Shown here piece by piece: positions 28,250-38,865 of a stretch of DNA of 64,000 bases; position 1 is the stretch's first letter, and each line of letters starts with the position of its first letter. The notes below the pieces were generated by a model that was given only the letters and a program-made list of their open reading frames with translations, made no database searches and had not been told where the DNA came from. Location: assembly GCA_963770565.1 (NCBI GenBank), contig CAVYQE010000001.1, forward strand, positions 800,001 to 864,000. Reading direction: 5' to 3'. Source of the DNA: an uncultured Actinomycetota bacterium. GTDB lineage: Bacteria; Actinomycetota; Actinomycetes; JAFAQI01. The translations under genes were made by a program, and so were the position numbers.

Positions 28250-29950
28250 CTACGTACTACCCGGAGTGATCGCGCGCAGCCGTGCGTGGAGCGCGGCATT
28301 GTCGGCACGGTCGGTGCGGACCTCGATCAGCCGCGACCCGTCGTACGTCGACAGCGCGCCGGCGAGCGCTGCGGGGGAGTCGACCAGTACGTGCGCGATG
28401 TCGAAGGCGGCCGCGAGCCGCTTGAGCGACATGCCATGCGGTGTGCCGAACAGCCGCTCGAACGCGGCCGGGTCGACCGCGATTCCCTGCGGTAGCAGCG
28501 AAAAGATCCCGCCCCCGTCATTGTTGATCACGACGTAGGTAACGTCGGGCCGCGAATCGGGGCCGGGCAGCAAGCCGTTGACGTCGTGCAGCAGCGACAG
28601 GTCGCCGCACAGCGCCACCGTCGGGCCGTCGCCGGTGCGCGCGATCGAGACCCCTTGTGCGGTCGAGACAAAGCCGTCGATCCCGCTGACCCCGCGATTA
28701 GCCAGGATGCGGAGACCGTCCCGCGGCCGCATCACCAGGTCGAGGTCGCGGATCGGCATCGAGGATGCGACGACGAGCGCGCCGCCGTCGGGCACCAGTG
28801 TCGCGACGTCGCGGGCCACCCGTGGCTCGGTCAGGAGGTCTGACTCGTCGAGGACCGCATCGATGGCCGCACCCACTCGGCCGGCGGCCGCCGACCAGGC
28901 ATCCGCCCACTCCGGGTCGGCCGGAGTGATCTCGAGGCCGGCGAGCGCCTCGACCGGGCAGTACACGACCGCTTCGGCGGTCCGGGTGACGTCCCAGTTG
29001 CCGCTGTCCGGCGACATGACGACATGGCGCACGGTCGCCAGCCAGTCGAGCAGGGCCCGGGACAGCCCGATTCGCCCCACCACCACGACCAGGTCGGGCC
29101 GATGGGCCGCAGCGAAGTGTTGGTCGCGCAGCACGCCGTCGGTCGCGCGCAGCGCCATCGGGCCGCTGCGCGCACCACTGTGCGGCTCGGCGAGCAGCGG
29201 CCAGCGGGCGCGTTCGGCGAACCCGGTGACGGCATCGGCGATATCCACGCCGCAGCCGCCCGCGACCACGACGCCACGCCGTACACCGTCGAGCAAGGCA
29301 GCCAGCTCGGGCGGCGCCCGGACCCCCCGATGGTCCGAAGCCGGCTCGACGGGCTCGATCCGCTCGTTGAGGTCGTAGGGGAATCCGATCCCGTCGTCGA
29401 CCGGGATCAGCGGCTCGCGCAGTGGCAGGTTCAGGTGCACTGGGCCGGCCGGCGTCGAGCCGGCGCCGAGGCAGTGGCTCACTGCGGTCGAGACCAGCGA
29501 CCGCCACTTGGTGACGCGGTCCGGGCCTGATGCGGGCACCTCCGCGTCGCGGGCCCAGCGCACCGCCCCGCCGTACAGCCCGGCTTGGTCGATGGTCTGG
29601 TTTGCGCCGATGCCGCGCAGCTCGGGCGGCCGGTCGGCGGTCAGGACCAGCAGCGGCACGCGGGCGAGGTCTGCTTCGAGTACCGCGCCGTGGAAGTACG
29701 ACGCCGCCGTACCCGACGTGCACAAGACCGGTACGACGCAGCCGCTCGCCTTCGCGATCCCCAGCGCGAGATAGGCGGCCGATCGCTCGTCGATCCGCAC
29801 GTGGACGGACACCCGGGGGTCTTCGAGCAGCGCGAGCGCGATCGGGGTCGAGCGTGAGCCGGGTGCGACGACCGCATGTCGGACGCCGAGCCGGGCGAGC
29901 TCGTCGACCAGGACGAGGGCGAACGCCCGGCCGGCGTTCTCAGCGGGCAC
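28250..29950 (-). CDS. menD: SEPHCHC synthase
   Basis: PGSRSTP, DERSA, TSGTA, ADRP.EL, NRGVSGIDG, GDLS.LHD, NNDGGGIF. Confidence 0.95.
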   Translation of the reverse strand: MPAENAGRAFALVLVDELARLGVRHAVVAPGSRSTPIALALLEDPRVSVHVRIDERSAAYLALGIAKASGCVVPVLCTSGTAASYFHGAVLEADLARVPLLVLTADRPPELRGIGANQTIDQAGLYGGAVRWARDAEVPASGPDRVTKWRSLVSTAVSHCLGAGSTPAGPVHLNLPLREPLIPVDDGIGFPYDLNERIEPVEPASDHRGVRAPPELAALLDGVRRGVVVAGGCGVDIADAVTGFAERARWPLLAEPHSGARSGPMALRATDGVLRDQHFAAAHRPDLVVVVGRIGLSRALLDWLATVRHVVMSPDSGNWDVTRTAEAVVYCPVEALAGLEITPADPEWADAWSAAAGRVGAAIDAVLDESDLLTEPRVARDVATLVPDGGALVVASSMPIRDLDLVMRPRDGLRILANRGVSGIDGFVSTAQGVSIARTGDGPTVALCGDLSLLHDVNGLLPGPDSRPDVTYVVINNDGGGIFSLLPQGIAVDPAAFERLFGTPHGMSLKRLAAAFDIAHVLVDSPAALAGALSTYDGSRLIEVRTDRADNAALHARLRAITPGST

Positions 29951-30884
29951 TGAGGACGGCCTCGGCGTCCGCGTAGCGGCGCGCCCACCAGGCGGAGACC
30001 GCGTCGTCGGCCTGCTTCGTGGCGACCAGATCCGGCTCGGGCGCGCTCAGCAGGACCGGCAGCGTGCCGTCGACCGGGACCAGCGACTGCGAGCAGACGT
30101 CGCCGTCGAGCAGTGCCACCGTGCCCAGCCCGCACGCGTACGGGAGCTCCGGCAACGCGCCGGCCAGGGCAAGACCGGCCGCGATGCCGACCGACGTCTC
30201 GACCGCACTCGAGACCACGACCGGCAGGCCGCACGACTCCGCGACCTCGAGACAGGCGCGCACTCCGCCGAGCGGCTGGACCTTCAACACGACGACGTCC
30301 GCGGCCTCGAGGCCGGCGATGTGGCGCGGATCGCCGGCGTTGCGAACCGATTCGTCGGCGGCCAGCCGCACGTCGACCTGCCGGCGCAGCTGCGCCATGT
30401 CGGCGAGCGACGCGACCGGCTGCTCGGCGTACTCCAGGGTGAACGGCGCCAGGGCCGAAAGCGCTTCAGCGGCTTCCGCGAGCGACCAGGCGCCGTTCGC
30501 GTCGACCCGAAGCTGACCGGACGGGCCGAGCGCATCGCGCACCGCCTCGACCCGGGCGATGTCGTCGGCGAGGGTCTGGCCGGGCTCGGCGACCTTCACC
30601 TTGGCGGTGGTGCAGCTCGATGCGGCCACCATCGCGTGCGCCTGCTCCGGCCCGACCGCCGGCACGGTGGTGTTGACCGGGATCCGGGTGCGCAACGGCG
30701 GGGGCCAGCCGTGGTTGGCGGCCTCCTGTGCGGCCGCCAGCCAGTTCGCCGCGACCTCGGCGTCGTAGTCCGGGAACGGCGAGAACTCGCCCCATCCCGC
30801 CGGTCCGCTCAGCAGCATTCCGCGGCGTCGCTCCTGGCCCCGGAACCGGGTCCGCATGGCGACGTCGAAGGTGTGCGCGATCAC
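29940..30884 (-). CDS. menC: o-succinylbenzoate synthase
   Basis: GWGEFSPF, KVKV, RVDANG, EQP, ADES, KVQPLGG; GTG overlaps the menA stop. Confidence 0.9.
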   Translation of the reverse strand: MIAHTFDVAMRTRFRGQERRRGMLLSGPAGWGEFSPFPDYDAEVAANWLAAAQEAANHGWPPPLRTRIPVNTTVPAVGPEQAHAMVAASSCTTAKVKVAEPGQTLADDIARVEAVRDALGPSGQLRVDANGAWSLAEAAEALSALAPFTLEYAEQPVASLADMAQLRRQVDVRLAADESVRNAGDPRHIAGLEAADVVVLKVQPLGGVRACLEVAESCGLPVVVSSAVETSVGIAAGLALAGALPELPYACGLGTVALLDGDVCSQSLVPVDGTLPVLLSAPEPDLVATKQADDAVSAWWARRYADAEAVLSAR

Positions 30885-31777
30885 GCCAGCAACAGCCCCG
30901 CGGCGAGCAGCACCGCGACCGCCAGCTCCAGCCGGCCGGTCCCGCCGAGCGCCGGGATCAACGCCCGTCCGACGCCGCCGCCGCGCACTGCCGTCACCGG
31001 TTCCCGGGCGAGCGGTACGGCGAACACCACCAGCAGCGGCCACGCCGAGCGCGCCGCGAGCGGCTCACCGACGACCGCGAGCAGGACCCCGACCGCGACC
31101 GCGCTCACGAACAGCTGGCGGGTCCTGGCCTCGCCGAGCCGGACTGCGAGCGTGCGCTTGCCCGCGATCGCGTCGGTCGGCACGTCACGCAAGTTGTTGA
31201 CGACGAGGATTGCGACCGCGAGCACCCCGGTGGCAACCGCGGCCACCCACGCGGTCGCGGGCAGCATCTCGTGCTGGACGTAGGACGAGCCGAGGGTGGC
31301 GATCAGCCCGAAGAAGACGAAGACGAACACCTCGCCGAGCCCGGCCGACGCGTAGGGCCGGGGCCCGCCGCTGTAGCCCAGCAGGGAGATGAACGCGCCG
31401 AGCCCGATCAGCAGGAGCCACCACGACACCATCGCGGCGAGCGCGAAGCCGGCCGCGGCCGCGACGGCCATGACGAGCCCGACCGCGACGAGCATCGCCC
31501 GCGGTGTGACCAGGCCGCTCGCGACCGCCCGTCGAGGGCCGGCGCGCTGCACGGTGTCGACGCCGCGGACGCCGTCGAAGTAGTCGTTCGCATAGTTCAC
31601 GGCGACCTGGATCGCGAGCGCGACCACGACGACCAGCCCGAACCGGCCCCAGACGATCCCGTCCGGGCGGGCGCCGGCCGCGGTGCCGACCAGGACCGGA
31701 GCGACCGAGGCCGGCAGGGTGCGCGGGCGGGCGGCCTCGAACCAGACCTTGAGCCCGGTCGGCTGCTCCTCGCCCAC
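30881..31777 (-). CDS. menA: 1,4-dihydroxy-2-naphthoate polyprenyltransferase
   Basis: ARPRTL, NYANDYFD, NNLRD..D...GKRTL. Confidence 0.92.
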   Translation of the reverse strand: MGEEQPTGLKVWFEAARPRTLPASVAPVLVGTAAGARPDGIVWGRFGLVVVVALAIQVAVNYANDYFDGVRGVDTVQRAGPRRAVASGLVTPRAMLVAVGLVMAVAAAAGFALAAMVSWWLLLIGLGAFISLLGYSGGPRPYASAGLGEVFVFVFFGLIATLGSSYVQHEMLPATAWVAAVATGVLAVAILVVNNLRDVPTDAIAGKRTLAVRLGEARTRQLFVSAVAVGVLLAVVGEPLAARSAWPLLVVFAVPLAREPVTAVRGGGVGRALIPALGGTGRLELAVAVLLAAGLLLA

Positions 31778-31821
31778 GCCGCGTCCTCTCCTCGATCGTG
31801 ACGACCTACCGTCATACAACG

Positions 31822-32977
31822 ATGCCAGCCGTACCCGCTCACCGCCTCGTCACCCTCGCGTTGCCGCCGGGCGAGGAGTTCGTCGCCGCGTTGGAGGCCG
31901 CCTGGGCGCGCGGCGATGCGGTGCTGCCGCTCGACCCCAACCTACCGACGGCGGCCGCCGATCGGCTGCTGGCGGCGATCCGGCCGGAACAGCCGATCGA
32001 GGACGGCATCGCGCTCGTGATCGCGACGTCGGGCTCAACCGGCGAGCCCAAGGCGGCTCAGCTCACCCACCGCGCCCTCGAGGCCTCGGCCCGGGCCACG
32101 CACGCCCGGATCGGGCTCACGCCCACTGACCGCTGGCTGTCGTGCCTGCCCTGGCACCACATCGGCGGGATCCAGGTCATGCTGCGCGCCCGTCTGCTCG
32201 GGATTCCGCTCGTCGTTCACGACCGCTTCGAGGTGGATCGGTTCGCCGCCGCTGACGCCACCCTGACCTCGTTGGTGCCGATCCAGCTCCAGCGGCTCCT
32301 AGACGCGGGCGTGGACCTGGCCCGGTTCCGGGTGATCCTGCTCGGCGGGGCGGCACCGCCGCCGGGCCTGCTCGAGCGGGCCGCCGAGGCGGGCGCACCG
32401 GTCGTCACGACGTACGGCATGAGCGAAACGGCCGGCGGCTGCGTGTACGACGGGACACCGCTCGACGGGGTCGACGTACGGATCGGGGCCGACGGACGGA
32501 TCCAGCTGCGCGGGCCGATGCTCATGGCGGGCTACCGCGGGGCGCCGGAGCTCGACGCCCGCACTCTGGTCGACGGATGGCTGGTCACGTCGGACCTCGG
32601 CGCGATCGACGCGCGCCGGCCGGCTCCGGGTGATCGGGCGCAGCGACGACGTCGTCGTCACCGGGGGTGAGAACGTCGTTGCCTCAGACGTCGCCGACGT
32701 GCTGTCCGCGCACCCGGACCTGGCCGACGTCGCGGTGACCGGGGTCGCCGACCCGCAGTGGGGTCAGCGGCTGGTCGCCGTGGTTGTCGTCCGTGACCGG
32801 CAGGTCGTCCCGTCGCTGGCAGATCTGCGCCGATGGTGCTCGGAGAAGGTGGGCGCAGCAGCCCGGCCGCGTGGGGTCGTGGTGGTCGAAACCATCCCGC
32901 GGCTTGCGTCGGGGAAGCTGGATCGGCTGGCGGTCGCCCGCCTCGCCGGATCGCCCTCAGGCGACGCCGGCGATTAG
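31822..32977 (+). pseudogene. menE: o-succinylbenzoate--CoA ligase with one apparent frameshift near 32612 (probably a sequencing error)
   Basis: TSGSTG.PK, YGMSET and TSDLG in one frame; GR.DD...GGENV and GKLDR continue in another frame. Confidence 0.8.
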
Positions 32978-33136
32978 CCAATCAGCCGTACCGGGCTCGG
33001 TGCGGTAGACGTCGGACGACTGGATCGGCATGGCGAGATCGAGCAGCAGCGTCAGCGGGATACCTGCCTCCAGTAGCGCCAGGACTGTGTCGATCTCGTC
33101 CATCTGCGGGTGGGGAGTCCCGTCACGCTTGGCCAT
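32957..33136 (-). CDS. 59-aa small hypothetical protein MAKRDGTPHPQMDEIDTVLALLEAGIPLTLLLDLAMPIQSSDVYRTEPGTADWLIAGVA
   Basis: Hand translation; AAGGAG SD 5 nt before ATG; below the ORF-track size cutoff. Confidence 0.7.
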   Translation of the reverse strand: MAKRDGTPHPQMDEIDTVLALLEAGIPLTLLLDLAMPIQSSDVYRTEPGTADWLIAGVA

Positions 33137-33179
33137 CTCTACTCCTTTTGTTGCAGTGCTGTCCTAAATGTCGGCGCCA

Positions 33180-33205
33180 AACGGCGCAACAATCAATGCG
33201 CCGTT
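33180..33205. terminator. 9-bp hairpin AACGGCGCA/TGCGCCGTT downstream of ugd
   Basis: Perfect inverted repeat ~30 nt after the ugd stop; overlaps a putative sigma-28 -35 box. Confidence 0.35.
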
Positions 33206-33235
33206 CGGGCTAATTCTGGCCGATACCGAATCGCG

Positions 33236-34577
33236 TTACGGTCGGCCGAGCGCGCGGTAGGTCCAGCCGGCCGTGCGCCAGCCGATCCGGGTCGAGGGCG
33301 TTGCGGCCGTCGACGATGTTGCGGTGCGCGACCACCGGCGGTCAGTTCGGCCGGATCCATGTCGCGGAACTCGCGCCACTCGGTCAGGTGCAGTACCACG
33401 TCGGCGTCCCGCGACCGCGTCGATCGCCGAGTCGCAGTACTGCAGGTCAGGATAGCGGGCGCGCGCGTTGTCCATCGCGGCCGGGTCGTAGACGCAGACC
33501 GTCGCGCCCATCCGCTTCAGGATCGGCGAGGCGACATCGAGCGCGGGCGAGTCGCGGACGTCGTCGCTGTTGGGCTTGAAGGCGGCCCCGAGCACGCCGA
33601 CCCGGACGCCGCCGGCGAACGAGCCGCCGAGCAGCTCGCGGGCCAGCTCGACCATGCGGGCCCGGCGGCGCATGTTGATCGCGTCGACCTCGCTTCAGGA
33701 AGGACAGCGCCTGGTCGACGCCGAGCTCGCCGGCCCGGGCCATGAACGCCCGGATGTCCTTGGGCAGGCAGCCGCCGCCGAAGCCGAGGCCGGCGTGCAG
33801 GAACCGGCCGCCGATCCGGGTGTCGTACGACGAGCGCCTGGGAGAGCTTGGTGACGTCGGCGCCGGTCGCCTCGCACACCTCGGCCATCGCGTTGATGAA
33901 CGAGATCTTGGTGGCGAGGAAGGCGTTGGCGGCGACCTTGACCAGCTCCGCGGTCGCGAAGTCGGTGACGACCACCGGGGTGCCGGCGTCGAGCAGCGGG
34001 GCGTAGACCTCGCGCATGACGCCTCCTCGCGCCCGCGCGGACATCGTGCCGAAGACCAGCCGGTCGGGCGTCAGCGTGTCCTTCACGGCGCAGCCCTCGC
34101 GCAGGAACTCCGGGTTCCAGGCGAGCTCGACTCAGCGCCAGCGGGAGCCTCGGCGGCGATCCGCTCGGCGAGCAGCTCGGCGGTGCCGGCCGGGACGGTG
34201 GACTTGCCGACGAACAGTGCAAGGACGGGCAGCATGCGGCAGCAGCGTGTCGAGCGCGGCGTCGACGATAGCGTCATGTCGGCGGCGAACTCGCCCTTCT
34301 TCTGCGGCGTGCCGACGCAGAGGAAGTGCACGTCGCCGAACTGCCGCGACCTCCTCGTACGAGGTGGTGAACCGCAGCCGGCCGGTGGCGAGGTGTTTCG
34401 CGCGAGCAGCTCGTCAAGGCCGGGCTCGAAGAACGGGACCGTCGCCGGCGGACAGCAGGTCGATCTTGCCTTGTCGACGTCCAGCCCGAGGACCTCGAAG
34501 CCGAGGTCGGCCATGCAAGCGGCGTGGGTGGCGCCGAGATAGCCGGTGCCGAGCACGGTCAGGCGGAGGTCGCTCAT
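33236..34577 (-). pseudogene. ugd: UDP-glucose/GDP-mannose 6-dehydrogenase, multiply frameshifted (likely assembly errors)
   Basis: GTGYLG, CVGTP, GKSTVP.GT, AELVK..ANAFLATKISFIN and AFKPNSDDVRDS are scattered over several frames. Confidence 0.8.
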
Positions 34578-34618
34578 GCTGCCGATCGGTATGGGCAGCG
34601 GCCCGTAGCATCGGGATC

Positions 34619-35791
34619 GTGAACCCGGGCTTCGACCTGTATCACGCTGCACGGACGAGCACGAACTGCTCCGCGCAAACGGTGCGTGACTCTCGCCGCG
34701 GACATGATCGCGCCTCGGGCGGCCGAGATCGACGAGAGCGCCGAGTATCCCGTGGGACGTCCACGAGGCGCTGAAGGCCGCCGAGCTGCTTGCGATCCAC
34801 GTGCCGGAGGAGTACGGCGGCGCCGGCGCCGACAAGATCGCGCACTGCGCGATCGTGATCGAGGAGATCGCCCGGGTCTGCGCGTCGTCGTCGCTGATCC
34901 CGATGGGCAACAAGCTCGGCACGACGGGACTGATCCTCAGCGGTCGACCGAGCTCAAGACGGCGTACCTGCCGCGGCTGGCGCGCGGCGAGGCCTGTTCT
35001 CCTACGCCTGTCGGAGCGCGGAGGCGGGCAGCGACGCGGCATCCATGAAGACCCGGGCGGAGCGCGGACGGCGACGGCTACGTGCTCAACGGCGGTCAAG
35101 AGGTGGATCACCAACGCGGGGGTCTCGAGCACTACACGGTGATGGCGGTGACCGACCCTGCCGCGGGGCCGCGGGGGATCTCGCGCGTTCGTGGTGGAGA
35201 AGGCCGACCCGGGGTTCAGCTTCGGGGAGCCGGAGCGCAAGCTCGGAATCAAGGGCTCGCCCGACCGCTGAGATCTACTTCGACAACTGCCGGATCCCGG
35301 CCGACCGGATGATCGGCGAGGCGGGCACGGGCTTCAAGACCGCGCTGCGCACGCTGGACCACACCCGGCTCGGCATCGGCGCCCAGGCGCTCGGGATCGC
35401 GCAGGGTGCGCTCGACTGCTGCCTCGGCTATATCAAGGAGCGCAAGCAATTCGGCCAGCCGATCTCGTCGATTCCAGGGCGTGTCAGTTCATGGTCGCCG
35501 ACATGGCGATGAAGACCGAGGCGGCGCGGTCGCTGGTCTACACCGCGGCCGCTCAAAGCGAGCAGCTGGCGCCCACCTGACCTTCATGTCGGCGGCCGCG
35601 AAGTGCTTCGCGTCAGACACCGCGATGGCGGTCACGACGGACGCGGTGCAGCTGCTCGGCGGGTACGGCTACGTACGAAGGACTTCCCGGTCGAGCGGAT
35701 GATGCGCGACGCGAAGATCACCCAGATCTACGAGGGCACCAACCAGATCCAGCGAATGGTGATGTCGCGCAACCTCCTGAACCCGCGTTGA
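34619..35791 (+). pseudogene. Acyl-CoA dehydrogenase (FadE25-like), multiply frameshifted (likely assembly errors)
   Basis: [32 protein letters not shown] and [14 protein letters not shown] occur in different frames. Confidence 0.8.
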
Positions 35792-36813
35792 CCGGGCGGG
35801 GGCACAACCCCGACGCCTTGCTGGTGTTGTCCTTCGGCGGGCCCGAGGCGCCCGATGAGGTCATGCCGTTCCTCGAACGCGTCACGGCCGGTCGCGGGGT
35901 CAGCCCCGAGCGGCTGGCCGCGGTCGCCGAGCACTACCACCACTTCGGCGGGGTCTCGCCGATCAACGCGCAGAACCGTGCCCTGATCGAGGCGGTCGGG
36001 CTGGAGTTCGCCGCACATGGGATCGACCTGCCGATCTACTGGGGCAACCGCAACTGGCATCCCCTGGTCGAGGACACCGTCCGCTCGATGGCCGTCGACG
36101 GGGTCGGCAGCGCACTGGTCTTCGTGACCTCGGCCTACGGGTCGTACTCGTCGTGCCGGCAGTACCAGGACGACCTGGCTACGGCGGCTCGTGCGGTCGG
36201 CGCCGGGGCGCCGGAGTTCGCCAAGCTGCGCCAGTTCTTCGACCACCCGGGGTTCGTCGAGCCACAGGTCGATGCGCTCGGCCTGGCGGTCGCGGACATC
36301 GAGCCGGCGAACCTCGTCACGACCCGGCTGGTCTTCACCGCACACTCGATCCCGGTGTCGATGGCGGCGCAGGCCGGACCGGACGGCGACCTGTACGTCG
36401 CTCAGCTCACCGCGGCGGCCGAGGTCATTGCCTTGGCGGGGGCTCCCGGGCTGTCGTGGGACCTGGTGTTCCAGAGCCGGAGCGGGCCGCCGACGGTCCC
36501 GTGGCTCGGGCCGGACATCGGCGATCACGTTCGCGCGCTCGGCGCGGCCGGGGTCACCGACGTCGTTGTCGTGCCGGTCGGGTTCGTCTCGGACCATCTC
36601 GAGGTCAAGTGGGATCTCGACGTCGAGGCGGCGGCGATCGCTGCCGATCTCGGGATCCGGCTCACCCGCACGCCCACGGCGGGTGCCGATCCGCGGTTCG
36701 CTGCGATGGTGCGCGAGCTGGTCGAGGAGCGCCTGAATCCGCAGTGCCCGAAGCGGGCCTTGTCGGCGCTCGGCCCCGCACACGATGTGTGCCCGCCGGG
36801 GTGCTGCCGATAA
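35788..36813 (+). CDS. hemH: Ferrochelatase (coproporphyrin ferrochelatase)
   Basis: SFGGPE, GNRNWHP, TAHSIP, QSRSG, GFVSDH.E; C-terminal C..CC cluster motif. Confidence 0.93.
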   Translation: MTGRGHNPDALLVLSFGGPEAPDEVMPFLERVTAGRGVSPERLAAVAEHYHHFGGVSPINAQNRALIEAVGLEFAAHGIDLPIYWGNRNWHPLVEDTVRSMAVDGVGSALVFVTSAYGSYSSCRQYQDDLATAARAVGAGAPEFAKLRQFFDHPGFVEPQVDALGLAVADIEPANLVTTRLVFTAHSIPVSMAAQAGPDGDLYVAQLTAAAEVIALAGAPGLSWDLVFQSRSGPPTVPWLGPDIGDHVRALGAAGVTDVVVVPVGFVSDHLEVKWDLDVEAAAIAADLGIRLTRTPTAGADPRFAAMVRELVEERLNPQCPKRALSALGPAHDVCPPGCCR

Positions 36814-36814
36814 C

Positions 36815-38785
36815 GTGCCGGTCGTGGTCGGTGAAGGCGATCTGCTCTGGACACCGGATCAGGCGCGGGTCGATGCCTCCCGGCTGACCGACTTCGCGCG
36901 CTGGCTCGAGACCCACCGAGGGCTGCGGTTCACGTCGTACGACGATCTGTACTGCTGGTCGATCGACGACCTCGACGGCTTCTGGTCCTCGCTCGACCAC
37001 TGGCTCGGGATCCGCTGGTCGCAGCGGCCCAGCCGCGTCCTCGACTCTCGGGTGATGCCGGGCACGAAGTGGTTCTCCGGCGGGCGGTTGAACTACGCCG
37101 AGCACCTGCTCTATCCGCTCGGTGGGGTCGATGGCGACGCAGTCGCGGTCATCGCCGCCCGCGAGGACGGCCAAGAGACCGTCGTCACCTGGGACGAGCT
37201 GCGCGCGCAGGTCGGCGCTGTCCAGGCCTGGTTGCGCTCCCAAGGCGTCGGCCGCGGTGACCGGGTGGCCGCGATCCTGCCGAACGGGCTTGAGGCGTTG
37301 GTCTCGGTGCTGGCGGTCGCGGCGCTCGGCGCGATCTGGTCGTGCTGCTCGCCGGACTTCGGCCCGACCGCGATCGCGGACCGGTTCACCCAGATCAACC
37401 CGGTCGTGCTGCTCGCCGTCGACGGCTACCGGTACGCCGGCAAGGGCTTCGACATCGGCGCGACCGTGCGCGAGCTGGTCGGTGACCTGCCGTCCTTGAA
37501 GGCGACCGTGCTCGTTCCCTGTCTCGATCCGTTGGCAACGCATGAGGGCTCGGCGTCATGGGCCGAGCTGCTCGCCACCGAGGGGGAGCTGCGCTTCGAG
37601 CCGATGGCCTTCGACGACCCGCTGTGGGTGCTGTACTCGTCGGGGACCACGGGTCTGCCGAAGCCGATCGTGCACGGTCAGGGCTCGATGTTGCTCGAGC
37701 ACGCCAAGCAGCTGGCGCTGCACCTCGATCTCGGGCCGGGCGACCGCTTCTTCTGGTTCAGCACGACCGGCTGGATGATGTGGAACCTTCTGATCTCCGG
37801 ACTTGCCGTCGGTGCCTCCATCGTGTTGTACGACGGGAACCCGGCGTACCCCGAGCCGGACGCTCTGTGGCGCCTCGCGGACCGGCACCGGATCACCTGC
37901 CTCGGTCTGGGTGCGCCGTTCATTCAGAGCTGCGCGAAGGCCGACCTGCACCCCGGGCGTGACTACGACCTCCAGGCACTTCGCACAGTCGGGTCGACCG
38001 GCGCCCCGTTGCCGCCCGACGGATTCGCGTGGATCTACGAACGGGTCAGGGATGACGTGATGCTGTCCTCGCTGTCCGGCGGAACCGATGTGTGCAGCGC
38101 GTTCGTCGGCGGGGCGTCGTGGTTGCCGGTGCATGCCGGAGTGATCCCCTGTCGGCTGCTCGGGTGTGCGGTCGAGGCATTCAATGAGGAAGGCCACCCG
38201 GTCGTCGACGAGGTGGGCGAGTTGGTGATCACCGCGCCGATGCCGTCGATGCCGGTCGAGTTCTGGAACGACCCCGACGGGTCGCGGCTGCGGGCCGCCT
38301 ACTTCGAGGCTTATCCAGGCGTGTGGCGCCACGGCGACTGGATCAAGATCGCCGCGGATGGATCATGTGTCATCTACGGACGCAGCGACTCGACCCTCAA
38401 CCGCGGCGGGGTCCGGATGGGGACGAGCGAGTTCTACCAGGTGGTCGAGGAGCTGCCCGCGGTCGAGGACTCGCTCGTGATCGACACCTCGGCGGCCGGG
38501 ATCGAGGGCCGCCTGCTGCTGTTCGTGGCGCTCAGGCCCGGTGCCTCGCTCGACGAGGTCGCGCCGGAGTTGCGCGACCGGATCCGTTCGCAGCTCTCGC
38601 CGCGGCACGTGCCCGACGACATCATCGAGATCGGCGTCGTCCCGCGCACATTGAACGGCAAGAAGTGCGAGGTGCCGGTCAAGCGGGTGCTCGCCGGCGT
38701 TGCGATCGAACAGGCCGTGTCGGCCGGCGCTCTGAAGGACCCCGACTCGATGACCCCCTTCCTCGCCCTCCGCCAAGCAATGTGA
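36815..38785 (+). CDS. Acetoacetate--CoA ligase
   Basis: LNYAE, SSGTTGLPK, TTGWMMWN, SGGTD, W.HGD, GRSDSTLN, GKK.EVPVK. Confidence 0.9.
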   Translation: MPVVVGEGDLLWTPDQARVDASRLTDFARWLETHRGLRFTSYDDLYCWSIDDLDGFWSSLDHWLGIRWSQRPSRVLDSRVMPGTKWFSGGRLNYAEHLLYPLGGVDGDAVAVIAAREDGQETVVTWDELRAQVGAVQAWLRSQGVGRGDRVAAILPNGLEALVSVLAVAALGAIWSCCSPDFGPTAIADRFTQINPVVLLAVDGYRYAGKGFDIGATVRELVGDLPSLKATVLVPCLDPLATHEGSASWAELLATEGELRFEPMAFDDPLWVLYSSGTTGLPKPIVHGQGSMLLEHAKQLALHLDLGPGDRFFWFSTTGWMMWNLLISGLAVGASIVLYDGNPAYPEPDALWRLADRHRITCLGLGAPFIQSCAKADLHPGRDYDLQALRTVGSTGAPLPPDGFAWIYERVRDDVMLSSLSGGTDVCSAFVGGASWLPVHAGVIPCRLLGCAVEAFNEEGHPVVDEVGELVITAPMPSMPVEFWNDPDGSRLRAAYFEAYPGVWRHGDWIKIAADGSCVIYGRSDSTLNRGGVRMGTSEFYQVVEELPAVEDSLVIDTSAAGIEGRLLLFVALRPGASLDEVAPELRDRIRSQLSPRHVPDDIIEIGVVPRTLNGKKCEVPVKRVLAGVAIEQAVSAGALKDPDSMTPFLALRQAM

Positions 38786-38855
38786 CATTGCCCTCACGAA
38801 TCGGGGGGTGGAGTCACATTGCCCCCACGAAGTGGGGGGCAATGTGACATTGCTT
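38775..38855. repeat. 81-bp REP/MITE-like palindromic element, copy 1
   Basis: Terminal AAGCAATGTGACATTGCCC / GGGCAATGTGACATTGCTT; 13-bp core at 38778, 38809 and 38840. Confidence 0.8.
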
Positions 38856-38865
38856 GGTACGGGGG

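Noticed and set aside
32605-32635. Programmed frameshift in menE
   Set aside because: No slippery sequence; adjacent to an indel-rich, probably low-quality segment.
38775-38855. Mini CRISPR array
   Set aside because: Cores are only 13-19 bp, spacers are 18 nt and partly self-complementary, there are three units, and no cas genes are present.
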